This document shows, piece by piece, positions 11,843 through 24,335 of a stretch of DNA of 64,000 nt. This stretch comes from Squalus acanthias. Lineage: Eukaryota. The position numbers and the translations under genes are program-made. The notes beneath the pieces were generated by a model, which saw only the letters and a program-made list of their open reading frames with translations, ran no database searches and was not told the origin of the DNA. Position 1 is the stretch's first letter. Each line of letters starts with the position of its first letter. The stretch spans positions 3,906,001-3,970,000 of the forward strand of contig CM059430.1 in NCBI GenBank assembly GCA_030390025.1, in the 5' to 3' direction.

Positions 11843-13284
11843 TGGCTACTTGATAGAAAACCACTCGACACCTCCTAGCTGTGTTTGACTAAAAGAGGCA
11901 TTTTCCTACCAACAGGAAAGTGGGAGAAAGCACAAATTATAACAATTCACAGAACTGCCCAAGTTGGTAACAGTAGTGATCTTGTTGTCGACTGGGTGCC
12001 ACCTTCACACAAGCTTCTTTCGTGAAGGTGGCATTGCCCTAACTCTACAAGGATTGGCAATAGAGAAACCCACCAAGATGGGTGGGCTATTTGTTTACAT
12101 CAAGAGTTTTCACCGTGCACAACTGAAATTTCTGCTGACCAGGCTCTTTCAAAACATGTCCACTGGTATAGGCTTGGCATCTGTAGCCTGATATTACAGT
12201 CCTCAAGGGGTTAATTCCATTCTACTCAGCTTCCTGTTGCTAGGCTGAAACAGTATTTACTGATGGATAGCCAGTTCCATTCTGAAACTCTCCATCATGC
12301 TCTATTGTTTTGCTGCCTTGTGCCTCTACATCATTTAATGAGATTAGCTTTCCTGCATGCCTCTGCTGGTCAGCAAGGCCTGATATAGCAACCCACACCA
12401 AACAGAGTACATCTGCAAACAGTCAAATACTGAAGATATTACCAGCGCAAAAGATACTTATTCGTCTCCACTATGAATAAATTACCAGCATCGCCAACAC
12501 AGCCAAGTGAACAACTTTGACAAACAAATTATTTGTTTAACTGAATACTAATTAAAGCAAAACATTATTGCTCAACAGCTAGTTTTTATTTTAGTTCTTA
12601 CCATGTGAATGTATCAAGCTCTACGCTAAGTAAATATCTGAATCTTTTGATTCCAGCTTTGTTTCTGAGAGTAGTGAGTTTACACCAAGGCTGCCCCACG
12701 TACCTCTTAGACTTTCAACCATGATGATGTACTAAAGTGAAATCAATAGTTTCAAACAGTTTACCTTTTCAAACGCATTCACAAGTATGGCAGAAATTTG
12801 ATTTATTCACATACACCATCATTTAAATATAACCTCCTGTTCACCAGCTCTGCAACAACCAATTCATTCTGCAAACCAAGAGTCTGTTGATTATTGAAAT
12901 GAGTAATCAAATATTCTGATACAATAAACCATCACAACCCACAGCCTTTGGTTCCTGGTTTAAGGTAATGCGTTGATGCCACTTTAAACGAGTCTCAGCT
13001 CGTTCAACATACAGGGCTTTTGAAGCCGAGACAAAGCTCATTTGCCTCGCTAATAAATAAAGGTCAAAAAATACATGTGTGTTTGTTTTACTACTGAAAC
13101 TATACCAAATCCTGCATGTGAACAACACTGCGTCACTCACAGACCAACTGGATTGGGGACAAGATAATGAGCCCGTTCCGTTAATCACAATTCTTTAAAA
13201 AAAAAATCAAGATAAATTTCAAGCAATTTCTTCAGAACCTTACAAGGTTTGATCAAGTGGGAAATGTTAAGGACAGCTAGATCC

Positions 13285-13892
13285 AAGCAGCCCGCTTGAT
13301 TAGTACCCCATCCACCACCCTAAACATTCACTCCCTCCACCACCGGCGCACCGTGGCTGCAGTGTGTACCATCGACAAGATGCACTGCAGCAACTCACCA
13401 AGGCCTCTTCGGCAGCACCTCCCAAACCCGCCACCTCTTCCACCTAGAAGGACAAGGGCAGCAGGTGCATGGGAACACCACCACCTCCAAGTTCCCCTCC
13501 AAGTCACACACCATCCTGACTTGGAAATATATCGCCGATCACAGAATCACAGAATCCCCACAGTGCAGATAGAGGCCATTTCGGCCCATCGAGCCTGCAC
13601 CGACACATATCCCACCCTATCCCCGTAACCCCACGTATTTAATCCCCCTAACACTAAGGGTCAATTTATCATAGCCAAATCAACCTAACCTGCACATCTT
13701 TGGACTTCATCGTCGCTGGGTCAAAATCCTGGAACTCCCTCCCTAATAGCACTGTGGGAGTACCATCACCACACGGACTGCAGCGGTTCAAGAAGGCGGC
13801 TCGCCACCACTTTCTCAAGGGCAATTAGCGATGGGCAATAAATGCTGGCCTTGCCAACGATGCCCATATCCCATAAACGAATAAAAAAAAAA
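13285..13892 (+). mobile_element. LINE family 'A' 3' end, copy 2, interrupted by a SINE
   Basis: Near-identical to 5522-5968 and ends in a poly-A run. Split at ATATCGCCG|...|TTCATCGTCG by the insert at 13538-13705. Confidence 0.88.
13538..13705 (-). mobile_element. 5'-truncated HE1-type (V-SINE) elasmobranch SINE
   Basis: The minus strand reads GTCCAAAGATGTGCAGGTTAGGTTGATTTGGCTATGATAAATTGACCCTTAGTGT...GATGGGCCGAAATGGCCTCT...GATTCTGTGATTCTGTGAT: a V-domain-like body plus a CR1-derived tail. Confidence 0.8.
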
Positions 13893-14458
13893 GTTATGCT
13901 AACCCGATATAAAACACTAGTTTGGCTCCAGCTGGAGTATTATGTCCAATTCTGGGCACCACACTTTAGGAAGGACATGAAGGCTTTGGAGAGGGTACAG
14001 AAGAGATTTACTAGAATGGTTCCAGGGATGAGGGATTGCCGTTACATGGATAGACTGGAGAAGCTGGGGTTGTTCTCCTTAGAGCAGAGAAGGCGAAGAG
14101 GAGATTTGATGGAAGTGTTTAAAATCATGAAGGGTTTAGATAGAATAAATAAAGAGAAACTGTTTCCAATGGCTGAACAGTCGGTAATCAGAGGACACAG
14201 ATTTAAGGGGATTGGCAAAAGAACCAGAGGCGACATGAGGAAAAACTTTTTTACACAACGGGTGGTTAGGATTTGGAATGCACTGCCTGATAGGGTGATG
14301 GATAGAGATTCAATAATTGCCCTCAAAAAGGAAATTGCAGGGATATGGGGAAAGAGCGGGGGAGTGGGACTAACTGGATTGCTCTTCGAAAGAGCTGGCG
14401 CAGACTCGATGAACCGAATGGCCTCCTTCTGTGCTGTACTATTCTGTGATTCTATGAT
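13893..14458 (+). mobile_element. CR1 LINE 3' end
   Basis: YKTLVWLQLEYYVQFWAPHFRKDMKALERVQKRFTRMVPG...MRKNFFTQRVVRIWNALP, followed by the CTGTGATTCTATGA tail. Confidence 0.92.
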
Positions 14459-16137
14459 AAGGCACTTCATAGGCTGGTCAATATTAGATTGCATACAGAG
14501 TGGCTTTTCCTGGTGGACTTCCCACTAATTTGATATTAATTCCATTAGATAATGAGCTTTTATTTGGAATTATAGTGCAAGATGGACTTCAAATACTTTC
14601 CTTAAACTCCAGGACACAAATTCCAGTTTCATACCGGTTCCTATGTTCATATATGGAAACCGCTTCTGAGTCAACCTGAATAATATTTAGTTTTTCTTCT
14701 TAATTTTAACTAAAATAACAGTCACAAAAACACGGGGACTTATCACACACACAAGTATGACTTCTAAGCCAGGCTGGAGAATGTAGAACATAAACTCATA
14801 TCACAACTACTTTGAAACAGCGCGAATTGATTAAGGCAAAAAGCAGCTGAACCATACAGGCCTCGACTGTCCCACGTTCAGCAGATGAAGAGAGGGGAGA
14901 AAACTGCTACTAAGTAAAAATAAACACATTTTGGTGAAAGAAAACACACACGTTTCATTCCTCGGTGGGAAACTGGAGCATCGTAAAATGCTTCTGCCAG
15001 CAGAAAATAACCTGAAGCAAAAGGTTTTACAAGTCCCAAAGTTTTATAGGCTGAATATACTGATCTGAAGGTAATCAAAGCCACATTCTGACAGACTGAC
15101 CATGAAGCTTTTTTTATTTAAAAAGAACACCTTTTTAAGATAACTTGCACCATCTTCTGTGAGCGTGTCTGACAGTACAGTCCGCACCATTTTATAAACC
15201 TACTGTTTTACGTTTTTAAAAAAATGATATTTGGTCATGAACTAGTGGTTCTAATCAAGAATATAAATTGGTTTCTAACCACATTTTTATCTATGCCAGG
15301 CATTTGGATTGAGCCTGAGATTAATGCAAGCCACCATCAAAAGTCCAAAGCCTTGATCATTTTCATCGCTCAGCTACTTCAAAGATAGTAACTGCTGGAT
15401 CCCTTTAATTTGGGTTTTCTCAGCCAGATTTCAGAAATATCAAAAAAAATCTTTCCTTTTCTTTTTTTTTTATTGTCTTTTCATTTAATTTTTATATATA
15501 TCGTTATTGCCTTTAGTTCTGAAGGACTCAAAAACTGTGTCACAGAATGAGAATCTTTTTTAATATCTCAACTTAATGAGACTTTTTCAGTGTTACTTTG
15601 AATTCAGATCATAATTAGGTAGAAACATTACAAAATTTGTAGTTCGGCCCATGCATATTTTATACTTTAAAATTTTAATAAATGCTTTCAACTGCAATTA
15701 TATTTGCATCATTGATCTTAAAGGTGTAGATTGTTACTATACATTCTGTTATATGAAACACAGCTGTGGTACATTTAGATTACTTTTTTCTCTTCTCCTC
15801 CAACAAGGAATTGGGCATATGGGCTCCTCCCAGGCCTCTGGCCGTGTTGCTCTGGAAGTGGCAGGTTTTGCCTGACCACTGACCTGGTTCGCACTTTCTC
15901 CCATTCACCCTCCCTCTGGGGAAGCACCTCCCCCCACCCCATTCCTCCCACTTAGCCTTACATGAGACTGACATAATTCAGGAAACCAGAAGGTTACTTA
16001 AAAGATCCCAGAAACTGTTAACATTTATACTTCTTTGCATGGAAAATACATAAATATCGTTCAGAGGCTGCAAGTTGCAAAGTTACAGGAGTCCTTTTTT
16101 TTTTAAATCATAAAACTAAAAATATGCATACATGACA

Positions 16138-16538
16138 TTTCCTGATGGCTCAGTTTGTAAATGTACACCCGGTGTTGTGTGAGCCATGCAGGTCAGGAAG
16201 TGCTCAGGTTTGGTCCTTGTCTGTACTGAGTTAGTTCTTCTCAATGCGGGCACTATAATTGGCCCCCCAGTCAAACTCCTTAATTTGGAAGGGAGAAAGA
16301 TAACCAAGGTTCTTATTCCTGATCACTATATTGCGAAGTGTGCATGGTTGAATGTAAGTGGATGACAGGATTAGGCTTAACTGTAATGCCTGCCACAGTT
16401 GGAGAGCCTGTTGATATTTACTACCTTGGTTTATACATGAAGAATGGGCACTCAAGCAAGGCACCAGAGACAGCTGGTGCCTATGGAACCATTCCCCAAC
16501 ATGAGATAGCACCTGCAGCAAAGGTAGGAAGAAAAGAG
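16138..16538 (+). mobile_element. Ancient tRNA-derived SINE (family 'S', AmnSINE2-like by recall)
   Basis: Shares blocks TCTGTACTGAGTTAG, CACTATAATTGGCC, TCCTGATCACTAT, GACAGGATTAGGCT and CATGAAGAATGG with about 9 other copies in the window. Confidence 0.65.
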
Positions 16539-17327
16539 TTGACAAAAATATCTACAAATGTATTGCAATACCTGCGTGCACTCCTTATAAACTGCCTTGG
16601 ATCTTTTTATTAAATCAACACATGTTTAAAATCATCACCCACAGTCTACAGCAGTTTCTAAACCTGATAATTGTATTTATATCAATTAAGAAAAAGATGC
16701 TGCAGCTTTACACTGTTGCGTTTGGTTTAAATCATTGGATGTGTTCATACTGACTACGTTGACTGGCAATTATTCAACAACCTGTGCTCGTGTGTTTTGA
16801 TAGTGCACAGTCCACAATTGATGTGTAGCACCCAACACCACACGCAGTATTCCCAGATATTAATCCTGCAGGTTGTGTTATTTAATAATACATATATTAT
16901 ATATCCTTTCTATTAGTGGAGAGCGAAAGATTTCTATTCACACTTCACCACAGCTGCAATGCACCAGTTGTCACTACATTATTCCTTACTCACGCACACA
17001 GGCAGAAGCTCAGGAAACTACCTTCTAATACTAAAATGTCTTCCCAGCGCCATCCTTTATGAAATTCTTTGTTGCCAGCAGAGGTCAGCCTCAGGAATGT
17101 GCACTCATCGCTGGCCTCTGCTTTTCGCTCTCTGGTATCCAGCCAATCACACGACAACTCCAGGGCTTCAGGTAAAAGAGCGGAGGTCAGTCACACGACT
17201 GCACAATTGCAAATGTACTTAAATTCAGCTAAACTGTAAGAACATGAATACTTGCAACAAATAGCTCTATCTTTGAATCTATCTTTGAAATGGGGATACT
17301 TCCTCAGTTCCTATCCACAGCAGTTTA

Positions 17328-17575
17328 AAGAACAGAACGAGGCCATTCGGCCCATCGTGTCTATGCCGACTCTAAGCTTAAAGCAATCCAAAACTAATCC
17401 TGCTGCCTTGTGCTCTCCCAATGGTCCTGTATCTTCCCCATCTTCAAAAATGTATGCATTTTTCGCTTAAATCATGCAATGGTCTCCGCCCCAACGACTC
17501 CCTGTGGCAAAGCATTCAGCGTTCTAACAAGCCTCTGGGTAAAGAGGCTAACTTCTAACTTCTCACCGTACTCTC
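17328..17575 (-). mobile_element. Degraded CR1 3' fragment
   Basis: GAGGCCATTCGGCCCATCGTGTC tail; the minus-strand translation includes FTQRLVRTLNALPQGVVGAETI. Confidence 0.75.
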
Positions 17576-20401
17576 TTGGGTCAGGTGAACACAAAATCGT
17601 TTTGCTACAGATGTAGGGGAACAATGCAAATAGAACAGGCCAGCCTGCAGTCAACCACCAGTGCAAGACTGTGATGTTCCAGCTCGAGACATCTGACCTG
17701 CAAGAGACATCCACCCACCTGCGCTGTGAACGTATTGAGAATGCCAGTCATTTGGCATGGATACACTATCTGAACTAAACGGCACTAATATTGCTGTTAC
17801 AGGGATAGGAAGTGCTTTGTTGATATTGCTGTTAAAGAGGGAGGAAGTATGCAACCGCGACTTGTACTGGACCTCAAACCTGAGCTGAGCAAACTTTATA
17901 TTAGTTAATGTAACAATTATCGAATATCTTTCTTAGCAATACAACCCTGTAATGTAAACAATACATAATTGTAAAAGGATCAATAACTGCAATCATTTTG
18001 ACCATGTTAATTGTAAATAAAATTGTTATAACATGTCGACCTCATTTCCTTTCTCTCAGCATCATCCTAACAGATGACCATGCCAGGTTCCCATTATGTG
18101 CTCGGAACTTTATAGGTTCTCAATCAGACCTGATCAATGTGTCGAGATAATGCATGGAGTAAGTAAGACTCTTTCAAAATGCAACTTTAAAATCAATGGA
18201 GGGGACAACATAATGAGTGGTGTCCAAAGCCCAGAGGAAACCATATGCTGGGCTGTTTGCGATTATATTTTATCATGGGCTGATAAACAAATCACTTTTA
18301 ATGAGTACACAGCATATGCACGTTACTCAGGTCTTTCAGCCTCCCAGGAGAGCAAAGGTATATTACTGCTGTAAACATCTTGAGTGGATCAGCAGTTCTA
18401 CAGGTGCAAGGCACTTAAACCTTAAAATAAAGCAAAAAAAGCACAACTTTTCAAGGCAAAGCAATCATCAACACATTACATCAGGAAAAGCAAAGTAGTG
18501 AGCATAAATGTATATATCCTTAGCCATATTTCATCGCCATCAGTCGTCTTCAGTGTTTTTCGATGTGGGGGATTCCCCTACAAATATTTTATTCTGGGGG
18601 AAACCTTGTATTGAAACACTTGCAGGGACTCTCACCCTCCTAAACTTTAAGACTGTGCCATTTACTCCAAGACAACCTGCCATTGCTGGCAAGAACAGGT
18701 TTTATTAGAAACAGAGAGAAAAGGAAGTAACATGCTAACAAGTCAACAAATACAGATCTCAGAGATCCTCTGGGATCCGGGAATCCCAGTTTGAAAGAAG
18801 AAATGATGATCAACATAAGAAATGTTTCAAGGTGATGTTTTCCACAGATGCCATATTTTGCTTTGGACAGAGTGCTACAAGCATTCTCTTAAACATTCCC
18901 TTCCTTTGCGATTTGCAGGCGTTTAAAATCCACATTTGCCATCATCTGGCCTTTCTGATCTCTCTAACTCTCTTCAGCCATATAGTGGTGCCTTCATTTA
19001 GATTTCTCGACAATAAAGGTCTTCTGCTATCAGGATGATAATGATGTCACATTGTTTGATAATACTGGTTAAAATAAATAAGGAAACTACCTTATCAACA
19101 GGGTATTTTGTTAAATTAAAAGATTTAATAAAACTGTTTATTTTGCCAATGATTCTACGAAGAGGAGTTTCTCTTCTTTTGCTCGGCACACTGAGGAGTT
19201 TGAGGATTTCCAAGTAATTTCTGTCAGCAGAATACCCTGTGACATCACAATCTGGTGGCAAAAACTCCGAGCAATCTCTCCGTACCATCCGATCGCGACA
19301 ATCACAAAACTGAAAACACTCGCTGTGGTTTTTTTTATTGTGTAAATGAAATTGATAAAATTAATGCCAGGAATTAGATGTTGCAAGAATGTTCTGAGTG
19401 TTAAGTGGGAGTCATTTGGAGCCTGGAGTTTCCCTTTAAGGGAGCCAGTGGTCCAAAACAGTCCTGTGACGGTGACTGCACCCGAAAAACAGTGTCTTCA
19501 TAGTCACCATGTTGCATTCAGTTTTAATTGCCACTTGTCATTTTAAGGTAGCCATTTGCCACCTGGCCACTGGATTTTTATCCATTACACTCTAATGAGC
19601 GCAAAAATGTAAATGAAAAAAAAACTGGACCTATTTAGATAAAGACAATTGCGGTCTCGAGACCTGGGGCAATCGCACCCATTAGTCAGTCACAGACACA
19701 GTGATGTGTAACAGACATTTACAAAGACAGGGCTGTGACGCTGTCCAGCTGGGACCAATCCTGCTGTGAATTTGGGAGGGAATAAAATCCATGAACGGTC
19801 AGGCTGTGCTGAAAGGCCCTCGGTTTTTCTCACACTTCCCCTTTAATTCCAGGAAAAATATGACATTATCACTTTAACAAGAACCTATTTGATCAATCTT
19901 GGGTCAAGTTCAGAGATGTAAAACACAGCCACCCCACAATCATGGTGCAGTCTGTGCTGATCGAGTGTGTGGCTCACTCTGATATTATTTATGGAGAGGG
20001 AAAAAAACGAAGATAACTACAGATTGCGTTGCTATACACACTTCACACATTTAACATAGGACCATAATGTGCGTCTTTGTTGTCAGTCTGCACAAACTAG
20101 GTTGGAAAAGTATAAGAAGACTCCTAATAGATTCCAGCCATTGTCCCAGGTAGCCGGCGAAACAACCAGCAGTTGGAAATTCTTATGGTAATTTGAAAAC
20201 TATTAAAAAAGGTAAAATTGCAAAAGGTTGCGTGAATTTTGTGTCACCATTGCCTGTTCGAAATGTCAGAAAAGTACCTTGAATTTTTGGATTGGGAAAG
20301 CTTTGGTCGGATTTTAAATGTGTTTTTATATTTAAAGTACAAATAAACATTTTAAACTGATCACTGAAAGACCTTGCTTACTGAAAATGATGTTTGAAAT
20401 T

Positions 20402-20586
20402 GGTCAAATTGGTTAGCACCAGCAGCGCAAATCGAGCCGATGGGGAATCGGCAGAGCCTTTCACACCATATTCCACTTTCTTTCCCATGGACTTCAATGG
20501 AAAAAAGTATGGGTCAAGGTGTAAGGCAGACTGCTGAGTCACTATCAGCCCGCTTTTCACTGCTGTTGTTGACCAATTTTACCCCC
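20402..20586. mobile_element. Palindromic MITE (~185 bp)
   Basis: Imperfect inverted repeat centred on CCATGGACTTCAATGG, with ends GGTCAAATTGGTT and ACCAATTTTACCCC. Confidence 0.7.
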
Positions 20587-20994
20587 ATAATCTAATTAGG
20601 AGTTGCGTGCGTGTGAAAAAATACTGCAGCGCACAGTGAGACGCGGAGCCCTGGATTTGGTTTATAAATGCGCTGAACCGCCACTCTGTACAACTACTTC
20701 CTGTCAATCACAGGGCAAGGAGTTGCTGCTGCAGAGTGGATATCAGCGATGTTTCTCGACAAGATCCCATTCTCCAGAATTAGAGAGTGAATCAACTGAA
20801 TCGATCACCTTTGAAACAAAGTTTTTTTTTTGCAGGCTATCGCACTTTCATGATAAACTTTAAAACAGTAACAGTTATTTGTGGTGCATGTCGGCCAGTT
20901 CAATGAAATAGATACTGTTCCCTTTCAGAGGAAAGGGTGAGATGCACTTTCCTCCCTTCACACCCAAGCCACCAAACAGAAGCACAGTCACCCC

Positions 20995-21140
20995 CTGCAG
21001 CAAGCAAACAGGGTCACGATCATCTACTGCAGCAAGCAAACAGGGTCACGATCATCTACTGCAGCAAGCAAACAGGGTCACGATCATCTACTGCAGCAAG
21101 CAAAGAGGGTCACGATCATCTACTGCAGCAAGCAAAGAGG
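20995..21140. repeat. 32-bp minisatellite x4.5 (CTGCAGCAAGCAAACAGGGTCACGATCATCTA)
   Basis: Units start at 20995, 21027, 21059 and 21091, with a partial unit at 21123. Confidence 0.95.
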
Positions 21141-21369
21141 AAAGGAGTCCCTCGCCTCCCTCCGTGACCAAACGGGGCCATCTCCCCCTGGAATAAGGAA
21201 ATCTGTTACTTAGTTGAGAATATAAATTTAAAGGTTGTATTGCTGTAAGTGCTCCTAAAGGAGGTTCAACTTTTCTATGTTGTGATCAAAATAAGACTCT
21301 CATGTACATTGACCTTGCTCTTACTACACCATTAGAGAATAGGAATACAAAACTGCCCTTTTTTTTAAA

Positions 21370-21625
21370 AAAAGGTAAATGACACCCAGCCCAACAGTCT
21401 GTCATGTCTGCCATTTGTCATACAAATGAGTCACTGGGACAATTGTTTGCACTGACTGCTGGGATTGGCATTAATGACAGATGTGGGCTACACTGTCAAA
21501 ATTGAACTGGCTATTACAACTGCACACTGCTAATGATTAATAAGGTGCATTGAAATTAAAGTCAGCACAAGCAACATTAGAAGAATGTCATTTGTCACTG
21601 ACAATAAATTTTAAATTTTGGCCCT
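21370..21625. promoter_or_regulatory. Candidate enhancer/CNE with TALE (Meis/Tgif) core cluster
   Basis: Eight TGACA/TGTCA cores in ~225 bp, AP-1 TGAGTCA at 21427 and TAAT sites; no repeat similarity. Conservation is untested. Confidence 0.45.
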
Positions 21626-22301
21626 GAAAAAAAAAAACGGTTGCTTGGCTCCTTCAAACCACGCAGTATAACTTGTTAAAATAATCAAGAAAGGGGAGAG
21701 TGGGTGAGGAGAAGGCCAGTCATAGAGATGCAAGGCTGTTCCTCATCTCTGTGGAGTCTCCATTTGGGTAAAAACAAATACTCGCCAGTATTTAAGATAT
21801 AAATGTTGTTTCAAATTTCTAGATATATATTATATGCACACACAAACACATTTTAAACAATATTGAGAACTGAAAAAAGATCCATCTGCTCTATTTTTAC
21901 TTATTCACTCTGAGCATATTTCAATTGCAAATACAACTTTTCAACCACTTGCCAAATCCTGAACAATTCCAATATAATTTTCAAAAAAGTGTAAATCTAT
22001 GGGTGCTTTATAAATTCAGAACCTTTATATGGATATGGAGCACTGTTCCACAGATAAGTTAAGTCGATAGACACTTGGAAGGCTTCATTTCTGCCGATGT
22101 GTGCCATTATGTGATTTCACTGCTCTCCAACGCCACAGGAAGGTTGGTCATTTACTAATGGCCACCTGGGTAAAAATAAACCAAACCCTTCACCCCAATT
22201 AACAAACACATTGGTGGAGGTTTACTTGTTCTTTGTTGTAAGATCCAATGAAAACAAGGAATAATTATCTCTAAATAACTAACCATAGACTAGTCTACTC
22301 C

Positions 22302-22321
22302 CACACACACACACACACACA
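22302..22321. repeat. (CA)10 microsatellite
   Basis: Read directly from the sequence. Confidence 0.9.
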
Positions 22322-23079
22322 AACATGTCTGATATTTCAAAATGGCAACCGATCGTGCACACTCAAGGAAAGTAGTAAATGATGGCTTTTAAGAAGTGGT
22401 TGTTTACACATTCACTCAGCAACAGCCACTCAAAGAGCTTGCACATGTCCCTGCACTGATTTAGCAGGAGGCTGCTGACACAACTTCTCACACAAAGAAG
22501 GGTCTGAACTGCTCTCTGACCTCTTCTGCACAGATAATGTATGAACAAAAAACTGACTGCAGGAGAAAAGATGCAACAATAAATGTTTAATCTGAATATA
22601 CCAGATTCATTTTGGAACGAAAGTCTCCTAACAATCATTATTGGCACCACAAGTACAAAGCACCTTTGGAGAAGAGGGGTGGAGTGACTGAATGGTGCTG
22701 CCTACTGGAAATGTCAGAGTTATTTCCCCCGTAACCTAATGCCCATTGTCAAAAGCTGGTGCACTTTAGAAAAAGTTTTAACGGAATGAAAGCAGAAGCT
22801 CCACAACTCAACACTGTATTGTATTAAACATGGACTCTGAAGTCAGTCCAAATAGGATATACACAACATCGGGACTATAAACAAAAAATAAAACAGGTAA
22901 AAAAAAAGACCTGTAATGTGCTGCTGAAAAGTTTGGATTTGAGACCACTGTTGATAGGTTTGGAAATAAAAATGGTCGTCAGCAGGTTAAAATAAGCTCT
23001 TTCATCTATTTTAAAGAATCTCCTGAAGTTTGAAGAAAGGCTTCAGCAAATGATATATTTGTTTCTAAGGGCGTTGCGG

Positions 23080-24335
23080 AATGAAATTTCTGATGACACA
23101 TCAATGACATATTTTCTGGGTGCTGGGGTGCAGTGAGCAGGAGCAGCAGATCGATTTGTCCCCACTTCCTATCATAACCTTGCAAGTACGCGAAAAAGCC
23201 AGTCAGCTGAAGTTCTTGCAAGTTGTCAAACGCAAACACCTGCCGTCGGCATTATACCTACAGCTAAGGATTAATTTTTCTGGAGCTCTGCCATTCAGGC
23301 ATCTCGATCACTATTAGAGAGCTCAAACAGGGGGGGGAGTGAGTGCATTCTGATTGTTCCTTCATGTCTCCTTTTTGTCAGGTTTGATCCGTGCTGTCTC
23401 GGGACCCCGAGAGCCGAGCTGTGGCCTTGTCATTTGAAAACATAGGTTAGCCTTGCTGCCCGGCAACACACGCTGACTGACAGCTGACACCGCCCCAGCT
23501 GTGCCTGGAGAGGAAAGTTGAGGGGGAGGGAGGGGGCTGGGTCACATGTCGGGGCACAGGACTGCAAATAAGCTCCTTAGACATGAAGTTTTTCTTTCTC
23601 TTTAGGTCTACAAAATTCTGTATTTAAGAAATTATCTGAAAATAAAATTGACATTATGCCAGCACCAATGATTGGATGCTGGATAAAAATGTCGTTGTAT
23701 TTGTAGTGTGGAACATTTATTTTAAAACCAGTTCAAAAATTCTACGTGATAGGAATATGGCCTTAATCAGAGTTTATTTTGTGAAGAAAAGTACTACTAA
23801 AACGAAACAACATCTTCAAATTATTAATTCATTCTGAAACAAATTATTGTTATGTACTTAGCATGGGGTGTAACAATTTTACAGAACCACCCGCCACAAA
23901 ATCTTAATATTACTCCTTTAATGGCCATCTCATTAAGGAGCCTGATCAGATTCCTTTGCCAAAGTAAATATTTAACAGGATCTCAAATTGAGAGCTTTAA
24001 TTTTATCACTATGCCAACAGTGGAGTGTAAAGCCCTTGCAGAGATCCCATCCTCGAAATGCAAATAAGAGCGATTAAAACACAGTTAATATCAAATAAAT
24101 GAAGGCAATTTACATATTGCATTAATTGTACTGTCAGAGTGTGTTTGCCGGGATTAATCCTGCGATATTTTCAACTCTAAGGCACAATACCTGGAAAAAA
24201 ATCTTGGAAGTTTGTAATTCTTAATGTTTCATTGGCCTATTATTGCCTTATAATTGGTTTCACTTTAATGGGGCATAAAAAGTATTTATTTTTACAAATA
24301 AATTTATCCATGAAAACGCCACAAAATCATGGAAA
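23080..24335. promoter_or_regulatory. Candidate CNE/enhancer cluster
   Basis: TE-free unique sequence containing TGACTGACAG (Pbx/Meis-like, 23474), octamer ATGCAAAT (24058), GGATTAATCC palindrome (24151) and many TAAT cores. Confidence 0.4.

Noticed and set aside
13842-14528. 228-aa ORF as a functional reverse transcriptase
   Set aside because: It is only the CR1 ORF2 C-terminus without the catalytic RT core, and its start comes from a neighbouring LINE's 3' UTR.
17048-17171. Possible plus-strand exon (ttcccag|...CAG|gtaaaa)
   Set aside because: The peptide is unrecognisable and such splice-like pairs occur often by chance.
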